A DNA stretch of 63,881 bases, filler included, from Chiloscyllium plagiosum (GCF_004010195.1; 5 parts of one record of this genome joined end to end with filler, not necessarily neighbours in it); one strand, 5' to 3'; counted from the whole stretch's first letter, positions 1-12,600 are shown. Notes: generated by a model from the sequence alone, not told the origin. A program made the numbers and translations.

Positions 1-2123
1 CAGCTCCCACAGCTCCCACAGCTCCCTCAGCTCCCTCAGCTCCCTCAGCTCCCTCAGCTCCCTCAGCTCCCTCAGCTCCCTCAGCTCCCTCAGCTCCCTC
101 AGCTCCCACAGCTCCCTCAGCTCCCTCAGCTCCCACTTTCCCACAGCTCTCTCAGCTCCCACTCTCACACAGCTCCCTCTCTCCCACAGCTCCCACAGCT
201 CCCTCAGCTCCCTCAGCTCCCTGAGCTCCCACAGCTCCCACAGCTCCCTCAGCTCCCTCAGCTCCCACAGCTCCCACAGCTCCCACAGCTCCCTCAGCTC
301 CCACAGCTCCCTCAGCTCCCACAGCTCCCACAGCTCCGACAGCTCCCTCAGCTCCCACAGCTCCCACAGCTCGCACAGTACCCTCAGCTCCCTCACTCCC
401 TCAGCTCCCACAGCTCTCTCAGCTCCCACTGCTCCCAAAACTCCCACATCTCCCTCTGATCTCACAACTCCCTCAGCTCCCTCAGGTCCCACTCTCCCAC
501 AGCTCCCACAGCTCCCACAGCTCCCTCAGCTCCCTCAGCTCCCTCAGCTCCCACAGCTCCCTCAGATCTCACTCTCCCACAGCTCGCTCAGCTCCCTCAG
601 CTCCCACAGCTCCCTCTCTCCCACAGCTCCCTCAGCTCCCACAGCTCCCACAGCTCCATCAGCACCCTCAGTGCCCTCAGCTCCCTCAACGCCCTCAGCT
701 TTCTCAGCTCCCTCAGCTCCCTCAATCCCTCAGCTCCCACAGCTCCCTCAGATCCCACAGTTCCCTCAGCTCCCTCAGCTCCCTCACTCCCATAGCTCCC
801 ACAGCACCCACAGCTCCTACAGCTCCATCAGCTCCCACAGCTCCCTCAGCTCCCTCAGCTCCCACTTTCCCACAGCTCTCTCAGCTCCCACTCTCACACA
901 GCTCCCTCTCTCCCACAGCTCCCACAGCTCCCTCAGCTCCCTCAGCTCCTACAGCTCCATCAGCTCCCACAGCTCCCACAGCTCCCTCAGCTCCCAGTCT
1001 CCCACAGCTCCCACAGCTCCCTCACTACCTCAGATCCCTCAGCTCCCACAGCTCCCACAGCTCCCACAGCTCCCTCAGCTCCCACAGCTCCCTCAGCTCC
1101 CTCAGCTCCCACTTTCCCACAGCTCTCTCAGCTCCCACTCTCACACAGCTCCCTCTCTCCCACAGCTCCCACAGCTCCCTCAGCTCCCTCAGCCCCCTGA
1201 GCTCCCACAGCTCCCACAGCTCCCACAGCTCCCTCAGCTCCCTCAGGTCCCACTCTCCCACAGCTCCCTCAGCTCCCACAGCACCATCAGCTTCCTCAGC
1301 TCCCACAGCACCCTCAGCTCCCACAGCTCCCAGTCTCCCAAAGCTCCCACAACTCCCTCAGCTCCCTCACTCCCTCAGCTCCCTCACTCCCTCAGCTCCC
1401 ACACCTCCCACAGCTCGTTCAGCTCGTTCAGCTCCCACAGCTCCCATAATTCCCACAGCGCCCTCAGATCTCACATCTCCCACTCTCCCACAGCTCTCCC
1501 ATTTTTTTTTAGGTTAGATTAGGTTACATTACAGTGTGGAAACAGGCCCTTCGGCCCAACAAGTCCGCACCGACCCGCCGAAGCGTAACCCACCCCTACC
1601 CCTACATTTACCCCTTACCTAACACTACGGGCAATTTAGCATGGCCAATTCACCTGACCTGCACATCTTTGGACTGTGGGAGGAAACCGGAGCACCCAGA
1701 GGAAACCCACGCAGACAAGGGGAGAACGTGCAAACTCCACACAGTCAGTCGCCTGAAGGGGGGAATTGAACCCGGGTCTCTGGCGCTGTGAGGCAGCAGT
1801 GCTAACCACTGTGCCACCATGCATCACATTTCCCACAGATCCCTCAGCTTCCACTCTCGCACAGCTCCCACAGCTTCAAGAGCACCCTCAACACCCTCAG
1901 CTCACTCAGCTCCCTCAGCTCCCATAGCTCCCACAGCTCCCTCAGCTCCCACAACTCCCACATCTCGCACAACTCCCTCAGCTCCCATAGCTCCCTCAGC
2001 TCCCTCAGCTCCCACAGCTCCCACAGCTCCCACAGCTCCCACAGCTCCCTCAGATCCCTCAGATCCCTCAACTCCCACATTTCCCACATCTCCCACAGAT
2101 CCCTCAATTCCCTCAGCTCCCAC
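1..2123. repeat. 10-bp minisatellite (CAGCTCCCWC)n, interrupted by an HE1 SINE at about 1501-1818 and running into a gap
   Basis: Direct reading: cagctcccac and cagctccctc units with scattered variants. Confidence 0.97.
1502..1818 (-). mobile_element. HE1-type (V-SINE) tRNA-derived SINE
   Basis: Reverse strand reads ggtggcacagtggttagcactgctgcctcacagcgccagagacccgggttcaatt (A and B boxes), then the V-domain tggagtttgcacgttctcccc...ggtttcctcccacagtccaaagatgtgc, then the LINE-like tail gggccgaagggcctgtttccacactgta. Confidence 0.9.
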
Positions 2124-3004
2124 NNNNNNNNNNNNNNNNNNNNNNNNNNNNNNNNNNNNNNNNNNNNNNNNNNNNNNNNNNNNNNNNNNNNNNNNNNNNN
2201 NNNNNNNNNNNNNNNNNNNNNNNNNNNNNNNNNNNNNNNNNNNNNNNNNNNNNNNNNNNNNNNNNNNNNNNNNNNNNNNNNNNNNNNNNNNNNNNNNNNN
2301 NNNNNNNNNNNNNNNNNNNNNNNNNNNNNNNNNNNNNNNNNNNNNNNNNNNNNNNNNNNNNNNNNNNNNNNNNNNNNNNNNNNNNNNNNNNNNNNNNNNN
2401 NNNNNNNNNNNNNNNNNNNNNNNNNNNNNNNNNNNNNNNNNNNNNNNNNNNNNNNNNNNNNNNNNNNNNNNNNNNNNNNNNNNNNNNNNNNNNNNNNNNN
2501 NNNNNNNNNNNNNNNNNNNNNNNNNNNNNNNNNNNNNNNNNNNNNNNNNNNNNNNNNNNNNNNNNNNNNNNNNNNNNNNNNNNNNNNNNNNNNNNNNNNN
2601 NNNNNNNNNNNNNNNNNNNNNNNGGTTGGCAAGATGTTAGGAAGCACTTTGATACACAAAGGGGGTGGAGAGGTTTGGAACTCTGGTCCACAAACACCAG
2701 TGGATGCTGGATCAGTTGTTCATTTTAAATCTGAGGTAGATTTATTTCTGTTAAGCAAAGGTATTAGGGGATATGGGCCAAAGGCTGGTATATGGATCTA
2801 GGCCACAGATCAGCCATGATCTCATTAAATCGTGGAACAGGCTGGAGGTGCTGAATGGCCTACTACTGTTCCTATGTTCCTGTTACTGTCTTGTCATTGT
2901 ATAATTTTGAACGCCTGGAAGCACAACATCTCCAGCTCCCTCCCCATTTGCTGGATTCCCTCATCCCTCATCCTATTCTGGTAAATCTCCCTCCGCACCC
3001 TCTC

Positions 3005-3330
3005 AGAACCTGCATTTTGAGAGCACCTTGCACGTCCTCAGGACAGAGATCCCAAACAGCTTCACAGCCAGTGACAAGCTTGTCAATCACAGCGACCTGC
3101 ATGACGGACCCCTTGTGCACAGGAAGATCCCATAAACCAGTGAGGCAGTAAACAGCCAGGGAGCTGCTGCGGTGATGCTGGTGGAGGGATCAATGTTGGT
3201 GAGGGCACTGGGGAAGAGCTGCCTGCCTTCATTCCAACACAGCTTTGGGATCTCCTCTTAGTACCCGAGAGACCAGGCGATGTTCCTGTGAGGCCTCAGT
3301 ACCCCTGACAGTGCTGCACTCTCTCACCAG
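3005..3330 (-). mobile_element. Degenerate Deu-domain SINE (SacSINE1/AmnSINE-like) relic
   Basis: Reverse strand: gagagtgcagcactgtcagggg...agatcccaaagc...ccaacattgatccctccaccagcatcac...tgggatcttcctgtgcacaa...ggctgtgaagctgtttgggat...cctgaggacgtgcaaggtgct, which matches my recollection of the Deu-SINE body and tail. Confidence 0.6.
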
Positions 3331-3534
3331 TCCGTGGTCAACATTCTGGGCAGGATATCCCAAACTGATACACTCCCAGTGAGGAAGGACGAACTGCTTT
3401 CTTCCTTTATCCACCTTCTCCACCTGCTGGGGCCTAACAAGGTTCATTTACAAAGGATCCCTCCCTTCTTAATACCGTTCTCCCAGAGCCATACAAACAC
3501 CTGCTCTAAAAGGTGATGGTAGCACCCTGGAATT

Positions 3535-3858
3535 ATCTCTGGCATCATCCGGAGGTCCAGGTAAGGTGCCGGGAATCTGGGCACGAATCACACCACGGGA
3601 GATGGTGGAATTCGGATTTGATGAAAATCTGGAATTGAGAGTCTAACGATGACCATGAGTCCATTGGTGATTGTCGGAAAATTCCATCTGGGGGACTAAT
3701 ACCCTTTCAGGAAAGAATCTGCCATCCTTACCTGGTCTGGCCTACATGTGACTCCAGACCCACAGCAACGTGGGTGACTCTTCGCTGCCCTCTGGGTAAT
3801 TAGGGATGGGCAATAAATACTGGCCCAGCCCTCATCCTGTGAATGAATATTAAAAAAT
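3535..3858 (+). mobile_element. Second SINE family (here 'SINE-B'); other copies at about 4647-4990(+), 15690-16030(-), 17848-18187(+), 30944-31280(+), 31985-32278(+), 36415-36706(+), 41335-41780(-), 47121-47470(+)
   Basis: Recurring element of about 340 bp: tRNA-like head (gggttcgaatcc B-box in the 17848 copy), body aaactgccatccttacctggtctggcctacatgtgactccagacccacagcaatgtgg, tail gggcaattagggatgggcaataaatgctggcc...gaatgaataaaaaa. Confidence 0.85.
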
Positions 3859-3860
3859 CA

Positions 3861-4140
3861 GGTGGCACGGTGGCTCAGTGGTTAGCACTGCTGCCTCACA
3901 GCACCAGGGTCCCAGGTTTGATTCCCGCCTCAGGTGACTGACCGTGTGGAGTTTGCACATTCTCCCCATGGGTTTCCTCCGGGTGCTCCGGTTTCCTCCC
4001 ACAGTCCAAAGATGTGCAGGTCAGGTGAATTGGCCATGCTAAATTGCCCGTAGTGTTAGCTGCATTATTCAGAGGTAAATAAAGGGAATGGGTCTGGATG
4101 GGTTACTCTTCTGAGGGTCAGTGTGGACGAGGGAATCTAA
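3861..4140 (+). mobile_element. HE1-type SINE
   Basis: ggtggcacggtggctcagtggttagcactgctgcctcacagc head, V-domain, truncated tail. Confidence 0.9.
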
Positions 4141-4283
4141 TTAACAAATGAGGGAGTTACTAAATGCAACAAGGAGGTACCTTGCAACAATGCAGGTAAG
4201 GAATAAAAAGTGAGTTCATAAAATAGAACAAAAATGGGAAAAGTCTCTGGTTCATATGCAACAGTAGACAGTAAAACATTGAG

Positions 4284-4538
4284 CTGAAAAATGTGTTGCT
4301 GGAAAAGTGTAGCAGGTCAGGCAGCATCCAAGAAGCAGGAGAATTGATGTTTCAGGCTAAGCCCTTCTTCAGAAACAGCCCTCACTTTCTCCTAGTTGAT
4401 TTTAACAATTCCTGAAGAAGGGCTTATGCCCGAAACGTCGATTCTCCTACTCCTTGGATGCTGCCTGACCTGCTGTGCTTTTCCAGCAACACATTTTTCA
4501 GCTCTGATCCCTAGCATCTGCAGTCCTCACTTTCTCCT
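4284..4538. mobile_element. Penelope-like (family A) terminal fragment in fold-back arrangement with 14-bp TSD
   Basis: Inverted arms tgttgctggaaaag...gcccttcttcag and ctgaagaagggc...cttttccagcaaca. Flanking duplicate agtaaaacattgag at 4270-4283 and 4539-4552. The same end sequence follows the GIY-YIG ORF at 34221-34925. Confidence 0.8.
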
Positions 4539-5395
4539 AGTAAAACATTGAGGTTGTTACTTTGGGTGGTAGCAGTGATGTTGATGCTGGTTATGGAGTT
4601 CTACAGCATGGAGACAGGCCCTTCAGCCCATCATGTCAATGACGGTCTAGTGGTATTATCACTGGATCACTAATCCAGAGACTCAGGCAATGTTGTTGGG
4701 ACACAGGTTTGAATCCCAGCACAGTAGATGGTGGAACGTGAATCCAATAAAAAAACTGGGATTAGGAACTTAATGATGATCATGAATCCATTATTAATTG
4801 TTAGAAAAACCCAACTGAGTCACTAATGTCCTTTAGGGAAGGAAACGGCCATTCTTACCTGATCTGGCCTACACGTGACTCCAGACCCACAGCCACATGG
4901 TTGGCTCTGAACTGCCCTCTGGGTAATTAGGGATGGGCAATAAATGCTGGTCTAGCTATAATACCCACATCCTGTGAAGGAATGAAAAATAGCACCAATC
5001 CACCCTCACTCCAATTTCCAACACTTGGCCTCTAGTATTGGATGCTGTGGTGTTTCAGGTGTTCATCTGAATACATCTGCAAGGTTGTGAGGGTTTCCAA
5101 CACTACCACAATTTCAGGAAGAGCGCTTCAGTCATCTTCCACTCACTGGGTGAAAAAATCTTTTCCTCAAGTTCCCTTTAAACCTCCTGATCCTCGGAGG
5201 GACTCTCAGGTTCATGGTTCAACTGTCAGTTCTGAGACTCTGGGCTTTGCAGGTTATTGAAATTCTTTTCTCTTGGTTCCCTTGAACAATGGAGTGCTGG
5301 CATCAGTAAGAGTGAGAGATTACATTCTAATTTTACCTGCAGTGCAGGGGTGTTCAAGGCTTGCTGTTCTCAAGCTGTAGCCAACACAACACCGT

Positions 5396-5710
5396 GGGCG
5401 GCACAGTGGCTTAGTGGTTAGCACTGCTGCCTCACTGCACCAGGTCCCAGGTTTGATTCCAGCCTCAGGTGACTGTCTGTGTGGAGTTTGCACATTCTCC
5501 TCGTGTCTACGTGGGTTTCCTCCGGGTGCTCCAGTTTCCTCCCACAGTCCAAGGATGTGCAGGTTAGGTCAATTGGCCATGTTAAATTGCCCATAGTGTA
5601 GCTGCATTAGTTAGAGGGAAATGGGTTTGTGTGTGTTACTCTTTGGAGGGTTGGTGTGGACTTGTTGGGCCGAAGGGCCTGTTTCCACACTGTAGGGAAT
5701 CTAACCTAAA
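5396..5710 (+). mobile_element. HE1-type SINE
   Basis: Head, V-domain and gggccgaagggcctgtttccacactgtagggaatcta tail. Confidence 0.9.
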
Positions 5711-5814
5711 CAACACACTGGTAATGCACACAAGTGTGTCAGAGCCAGTCGACACAAAGCAACTGGAGGGAGGGTTGCAGTTGGTCTATAAGCTTTTTTA
5801 ATTCATCCCAGAAG

Positions 5815-6962
5815 GGAAAACATTAATAATTCTGCAGGAGATGACTTAATGTATTCACTCTTGGGGCATTGACATTGCTGCCTCAGCCAGTATTTATTTC
5901 CCTTGTTTACTTTCCCCTTGAGAAGGTGGGGGTGAGCTGCCTTCTTAAACCGCTGCAGTCCATGTACTGTGGATAGACCCACAATTCCCTTAGGGAGGGA
6001 ATTCCAGGATTCTGACCCAGTGATAGTGAAGGAACGGCGATATATTTCCAAGTCAGGATGGTGAGGGGCTCGGAGGGGAACTTGCAGGGGGTGGTGTTCC
6101 CATGTATCTGCAGCCCTTGTCCTTCTAGATGGAAGTGGATGTGGGTTTTGAAGGTGCTGTCTGAGGATCTTTGGTGAATTCCTGCAGTGTATCTTGGAGA
6201 TGGTACACACTGCTGCTACTGAGCGGTGGTGGTGGAAGGAGTGGATGTTTGTGGATGTGGTGCCAATCAAACAGCTGCTTTGTCCTGGATGGTGTGGAGC
6301 TTCTTGCCTGTTGTTGGAGCTGCCCCCATCCAGGGGCAAGTGGGGAGTATTCCGTCACACTCCTGACTTGTGCCTTGTTGATGATGGACAGGCTTTGGGG
6401 AGATAGGAAGTGAATTATTTATTGCAGGATTCTAAACCTCTGACCTGTTAGATTAGATTACTTCCAGTGTGGAAACAGGCCCTTTGGCCCAACAAGTCCA
6501 CACAATCCTCCGAAGAGCAACCCATCCAGACCCATTCCCTACATTTACCTCTGCACCTAGCACTGTGGGAAATTTAGCATGGCCAATTCACCTAACCTGC
6601 ACCTAACTGGGAGGAAACCGGAGCACCCGGAGGAAACCCACACAGACCCGGGGAGAACGTGCAAACTCCACACAGACAGTTGCCTGAGGCAGGAATTGAA
6701 CCCGTGTCTCTGGCGCTGTGAGGCAGCAGTGCCACCGTGCTGCCCGTTCTTATATTTATAAGATGAGTCATAGCCTGGCATTTGTGTGGTACGAGTGTTA
6801 CTTGCCACTTGTCAGCCCAAGCCTGGATATTGTCCAGTTCATGTTGCATTTGAACATGGACTGCTTCGGTATCTGAGGAATCATGAATGATGCTGCAGAT
6901 TATGCAATCATCGGTGACCATCCCCATTTCTGACCTTATGATGGAGGGAAGGTCATTGATGT
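5815..6962 (-). mobile_element. Second non-LTR retrotransposon family (CR1/L2 group, here 'LINE-2'), 3' fragment interrupted by an HE1 SINE at about 6447-6745
   Basis: Frameshifted RT C-terminus: INDLPSIIRSEMGMVTDD...AWADKWQVT, and HSFHHHRSVAAVCTISKIHC...SWNSLP...[15 protein letters not shown]. Confidence 0.82.
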
Positions 6963-6974
6963 GGCACAAAAACA

Positions 6975-7305
6975 GAACATAGAACATAGAACATTACAGC
7001 ACAGTACAGGCCCTTCGGCCCTCGATGTTGCGCCAACCTGTCATACCAATCTGAAACCATCTAACCCACACTATTCCATGTACATCCATATGTTTATCCA
7101 ATGACGACTTAAATGTGCTTAAACTTGGCGAATCTACTACCGTTGCAGTCAAAGCATTCCATACCCTTACTACTCTCTGAGTAAAGAAACTACCTCTGAC
7201 ATCTGTCATTTATCTATCATCCCTCAATTTAAAGCTATGCCCCCTCGTGCTCGCCATCACCATACTTGGAAAAAGGCCCTCCCTGTCCACCCTATCTAAC
7301 CTCTG
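6975..7305 (-). mobile_element. CR1/HER1 LINE 3' end
   Basis: [18 protein letters not shown]...FKSSLDKHM, followed by a (tctatgt)n tail. Confidence 0.88.
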
Positions 7306-7724
7306 AGAGAAACATGCTGGAGAAACTCAGCAGGTCAGGCAGCTTCAGTGGAGAGAGAAACAGAATTCACATTTTGAGTCCGGTAACCCCGTTTCTCAAC
7401 TAAACTCAGTCATTGGACACAACTATTACAAACATACCAGGGTCAAAACATTAACAGTGTTTCTCTCTCTCCACAGAGGCAGCCAGACCTGCTCAGTTTC
7501 TCCAGCATTCTCTGGTTTATTTCAGTTTTCCAACATCCACAGTATTTTGCTTTATTTCCAGTGTCTTTCCAAATTCCAAACCCTCAAGCAACATCGCAAT
7601 TACAGATTATTTTGTCATCATCTCACTGTTAAGTGTGGGGTCTTGCTGTGCACAAATTGGATGCCACGTGTGTTTCCCACATTATAACAGTGACCACTCT
7701 TCAAAACAGGCTCAGATGCACTTT

Positions 7725-8495
7725 GAGACCAGACTGATCCTTGGGACTGACGTATGAAGAGAGACTGGATCAGTTGGATGACACTCACTGGGGTTTAGAA
7801 AAATGAGGGGGATCTCATAGAAACCTCTAACATTCTAACAGGAAGTAGACAGGGTAACCACAGGAAGAGTGTTCCTGATGACCAGGTGTCCCGAACCAGG
7901 GGGGTCACAGTCTAAGGATACGGGGTGGGCGATTTCGGACTGAGATGAGGAGAAATGTCCTCACCCAGAGAGTGCGGAGCCTGGGGAATCCTCTACCACA
8001 GAAAGCGGTTGAGGCCAAAACATTGGATATTTTCTAGAAGGAGTTAGATATAGTTCTCAGGGCTAAAGGGATCAAAGGGTACAGGGGAGAAAGTGGGAAC
8101 AGGGGACTGAGGTGGATGATCAGCCATGATCGTATTGAATTACGGCGGCACAGTGGCTCAGTGGTTAGCACTGCTGCCTCACAGCGCCAGGGACCCGGGT
8201 TCAATTCCCGCCTCGGGCAACTGTCTGTGTGGAGTTTGCACATTCTCCCTGTGTCTGTGTGGGCTTGATCCGGTTTCCTCCCACAATCCAAAGATGTACA
8301 GGTTAGGGTGAATTGGCCATGCTAAATTGCCCATAGCGTTAGGTGTAGGGGAATGTGTCTGGGTGGGTTGCTCTTCGGTGGGTCAGTGTGGATTTGTTGG
8401 GCCGAAGGGCCTGTTTCCACACTGCAGGGAATCTAAAAAAAAACAGACTGAAGGGCCGAATGGCCTACTCCTGCTCCTATCTTCTGTGTTTCAAT
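7725..8495 (+). mobile_element. CR1 LINE 3' end with an HE1 SINE inserted at about 8143-8442
   Basis: CR1-like RMRGDLIE...TQRV...NPLPQ remnant. The tail gaagggccgaatggcctactcctgctcctat resumes after the SINE. Confidence 0.8.
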
Positions 8496-8524
8496 GAAAT
8501 AGCTGGTAGCTGGGAAAAGCCCTA

Positions 8525-9012
8525 TATAGCATCATACAGCAGGGAAACAGACCCTTCGGTCCATCCAGTCCATACTGACCATAATCCCAAACTAAACTAG
8601 TTCCACCTGCCTGCTCCTGGCCAATCTCCCTCCAAACCTTTCCTGTTCATGAACTTATCCAAATGTCTTTTAAATATTGCAATTGCACCCACATCCACCA
8701 CTTCCTCAGGAAGTTCACTCCACACACCAACCACTCTCTGTGTAAAAATGTTGCCCCTCATGTCCTTTACAAACCTTTCTCCTCCCACCTTGAAAATATG
8801 CCCCTTACTTTTGGACTCGCCCACTCCAAGGAAAACACCTTTTGCTATTTACTCTATCCATGCCCCTCATGATTTTATAAAGCTCTATAATGTCACCCCG
8901 CAGCCTCCGACGCTCCAGGAAGAAACATCCCAACCTAACCAACCTCCCTCCTGATAACTCAAACCCTCCACTCCCAGCAACATCCTGATAAATCTTTTCT
9001 GAACCCTCTCCA
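8525..9012 (-). mobile_element. CR1/HER1 LINE 3' end
   Basis: [23 protein letters not shown] and [13 protein letters not shown] motifs. Confidence 0.88.
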
Positions 9013-9670
9013 NNNNNNNNNNNNNNNNNNNNNNNNNNNNNNNNNNNNNNNNNNNNNNNNNNNNNNNNNNNNNNNNNNNNNNNNNNNNNNNNNNNNNNNN
9101 NNNNNNNNNNNNNNNNNNNNNNNNNNNNNNNNNNNNNNNNNNNNNNNNNNNNNNNNNNNNNNNNNNNNNNNNNNNNNNNNNNNNNNNNNNNNNNNNNNNN
9201 NNNNNNNNNNNNNNNNNNNNNNNNNNNNNNNNNNNNNNNNNNNNNNNNNNNNNNNNNNNNNNNNNNNNNNNNNNNNNNNNNNNNNNNNNNNNNNNNNNNN
9301 NNNNNNNNNNNNNNNNNNNNNNNNNNNNNNNNNNNNNNNNNNNNNNNNNNNNNNNNNNNNNNNNNNNNNNNNNNNNNNNNNNNNNNNNNNNNNNNNNNNN
9401 NNNNNNNNNNNNNNNNNNNNNNNNNNNNNNNNNNNNNNNNNNNNNNNNNNNNNNNNNNNNNNNNNNNNNNNNNNNNNNNNNNNNNNNNNNNNNNNNNNNN
9501 NNNNNNNNNNNNNNNNNNNNNNNNNNNNNNNNNNNNNNNNNNNNNNNNNNNNNNNNNNNNNNNNNNNNNNNNNNNNNNNNNNNNNNNNNNNNNNNNNNNN
9601 NNNNNNNNNNNNNNNNNNNNNNNNNNNNNNNNNNNNNNNNNNNNNNNNNNNNNNNNNNNNNNNNNNNNNN

Positions 9671-10650
9671 CAAACCCCTTCCCATTCACTCCCACTCTAC
9701 ACAATCCCAATGGACCCAAACCCCTTCCCATTCACTCCCACTCTACAAAATCCCAATGGACTCAAACCCCTTCCCATTCACTCCCACTCTACACAATCCC
9801 AATGGACCCAAACCCCTTCCCATTCACTCCCACTCTACAAAATCCCAATGGACTCAAACCCCTTCCCATTCACTCCCACTCTACACAATCCCAATGGACC
9901 CAAACCCCTTCCCATTCACTCCCACTCTACAAAATCCCAATGGACTCAAACCCCTTCCCATTCACTCCCACTCTACACAATCCCAATGGACCCAAACCCC
10001 TTCCCATTCACTCCCACTCTACAAAATCCCAATGGACTCAAACCCCTTCCCATTCACTCCCACTCTACACAATCCCAATGGACCCAAACCCCTTCCCATT
10101 CACTCCCACTCTACAAAATCCCAATGGACCCAAACTCCTTCCCAGTCTCTCCCACTCTACACAATCCCAACAGATCCAAAGCTCTTCTCTGTCACTCCAA
10201 CTCTACAGAATCCCAATGGATCCACACCTCTCCCCAATCACTCCCTGTATACAACCTAAATGGATCCACACCCTTTCCAATTCACTCCCACTCGACACAA
10301 CTCCAATAAATTTACATCCCTTCCCATTCATTCCCACTCTGCACAATCTGAATGGATCTCCACCTCTTCCCATTCACCCCAACTCTACACAATCTCAATG
10401 GAACAAAACTCTATCCCATTCATTCCCACTCCCAACAAACCAAATTCCCTTCCTATTCACTCAAAATATACACATTCCCAAAGGGCCCACCCCAATTCCT
10501 TTTCACTCCCACTCCACAAAATCCCAATGGACCCAAACCCCTTCCCAGTCACTCCAACTCTACACAATCCCAAAGCACCCACACCACGTCCCATTCACCC
10601 CGACTGAACACATTCCCAACAGACCCACTCCCACTCTATACAATCCCAAT
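9671..10650. repeat. 46-bp minisatellite with 92-bp dimeric higher-order structure
   Basis: Unit caaaccccttcccattcactcccactctaca(c/a)aatcccaatggac(c/t). Near-perfect to about 10130 and degenerate after. Confidence 0.95.
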
Positions 10651-10769
10651 GGAACTATGCAATTGTCATTCCATTTGTAATGAAATGTACCATTCATTCC
10701 CAATATACATCAACGCAATGAAGATGACAAGCTATACACAGTGCCAAATGATTAAACCCTTTCCCACTG

Positions 10770-11612
10770 CCTACCATTGGTTTACATTGGAATGGAGCTG
10801 CCCTGGGAGAATTCAGGATTGACCTCAGTTTCCAAGAAGTCTCATGGCATCAGGTTGAACGTGGACATCAATGATCTCAGCTCCAGGACATCTCTGCAGG
10901 AGTCCCTCAGGAGAGTGTCTGAGGCCCAACCATCTTCAGCTGCTTCATCAATGACCTTCCCTCCATCAGAAGGTCAGAAGTGGGGATGGTCCCCGATGAT
11001 TACACAACATTCAGCACCATTCATGAGCAGATCAGAGGCTGGGAATGCCTCCTGACTCCCCAAAGCCCGTCCACCATCTACAAGGCACAAGTCAGGAGTG
11101 TGATGGAATACTCCCCACTTGCCCTGGATGGGGGTAGCTCCAACTACACTCAAGAAGCTCGACACCATCCAGGACAAAGCAGCCGTTTGATTGGCCCCAC
11201 ATCCACAAACACCCACTCCCTCCCCCACCAACACTCAGTAGCAGCAGTGTGTACTATCTACAAGATGCTCTGCAGAAATTCACCAAAGACCCTCAGACAG
11301 CACCTTCCAAACCCACATCCACTTCCATCGAGAAGGACAAGGGCAGCAGATACATGGGGACACCACCCCCTGCAAGTTCCCCTCCAAGCACCTCACCATC
11401 CTGACTTGGAAATATATCGCCGTTCCTTCACTGTCACTGGGTCAAAGTCCTGGAATTCCCTCCCTAAGGGAACTGTGGGTCTGTCTACAGCACATGGACT
11501 GCAGCGGTTCAAGAAGGCAGCTCACTCCCACCTTCTCAAGGGGCAACTAGGGACGGGTAATAAATGCTGATCCAGTCAGTGATGGCCAAATCCCATGAAT
11601 GAATTAAAAAGA
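10770..11612 (+). mobile_element. LINE-2 family 3' fragment
   Basis: STIYKAQVRSVMEYSPLA...SVAAVCTIYKM...SWNSLP...LQRFKKAAH, then tail gggcaactagggacgggtaataaatgctg...atcccatgaatgaattaaaaa. Confidence 0.85.
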
Positions 11613-12204
11613 AAATTCCACATTTTAAGTTCCGGAATGTGAGAGGCAGGAGGCTGGAAGAACACCGTAAGCCAGGCAGCAATAGGAGGTGAAGAAACTG
11701 TCTTACTGTAATCTTCCAGCCTCCTGCCTGTCCACTTTGGATTCCATCACCTGCAGCTTTTATGTCTCTAATGGAGTGTGAGAGGTAGCAGTTTCTCTTC
11801 ACTGGCAGTAATGCTGCCTGTATCGGTGACTCTCTATCCAGGACAGGAACCTTTTGGAAAGGAGTGGGATGTGGATTAACTCTTACAATACTGCTCGGCA
11901 ATGTGACTGCCCTGGGTAGTGATAGATGCAGCAGTGCGGCTGTCTCTTGGTACTCTGCCCAAGTCATTAACTTATCGACAATCGACAACATCCCCCCCCC
12001 CACCAACTCCTTCTGTGTTATTGCTGGACAATATGCACACGCTGTACTGGATATTCTCAATGGACTCACTTGGTAATTCATCATCAGGCCAGGCCGATCT
12101 CTCCTGGACACACTTCACAGACAACATGCTTTATCACCTCATTGCAAAGTGTCACCAACACTTGTTAGAAAGGACACAGATAGTGAACATCAGGGCACTC
12201 CCCT

Positions 12205-12600
12205 ACTCACACACCCACACACACACTCACACTCGCGCGCACACTCAGACACACTCTCACACACACAAACACACTCTCTCAGACACACTGAAATACACTG
12301 ACACACCACACTCTCTCTCTCACACACACACACACTCTCAGACACACTCACACACTCTCTCAGACACACTGAAATACACCCTCACACTGACACACAAACA
12401 CACAGTCTCTCAGACACACACACTCACTCACGAACACACTCTCACACACAAATACACTCTTTCAGACACACTGAAATACACTGACACCCAAACACATGCA
12501 CACACTCTCTCAGACACACACACACAAACTCTCTCTCAGATATACACTCACACTCGTGCACGCACACACATACTCTGAAACACACTCTCACAGTGACACA
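12205..12600. repeat. CA/CT-rich compound microsatellite
   Basis: Direct reading. Confidence 0.9.

Noticed and set aside
152..2123. Long ORFs with PQLPQL, AVGAEG, ELWEL or SAPTAP repeats (collagen-, elastin- or mucin-like)
   Set aside because: They are translations of a stop-free 10-bp minisatellite whose period is not a multiple of 3, and a SINE interrupts them.
3229..3510. Possible - strand exon (MNLVRPQQVEKVDKGRKQFVLPHW / QVFVWLWENGIKKGGIL)
   Set aside because: Another frame reads FLTGSVSVWDILP, resembling the CR1 FTQRVVxVWNxLP motif. It looks like a decayed CR1 3' end next to a Deu-SINE, and it has in-frame stops.
9710..10822. Three overlapping ORFs with MDPNPFPFTPTL repeats
   Set aside because: All three frames are open because the 46-bp unit lacks stops; there is no other evidence of coding.
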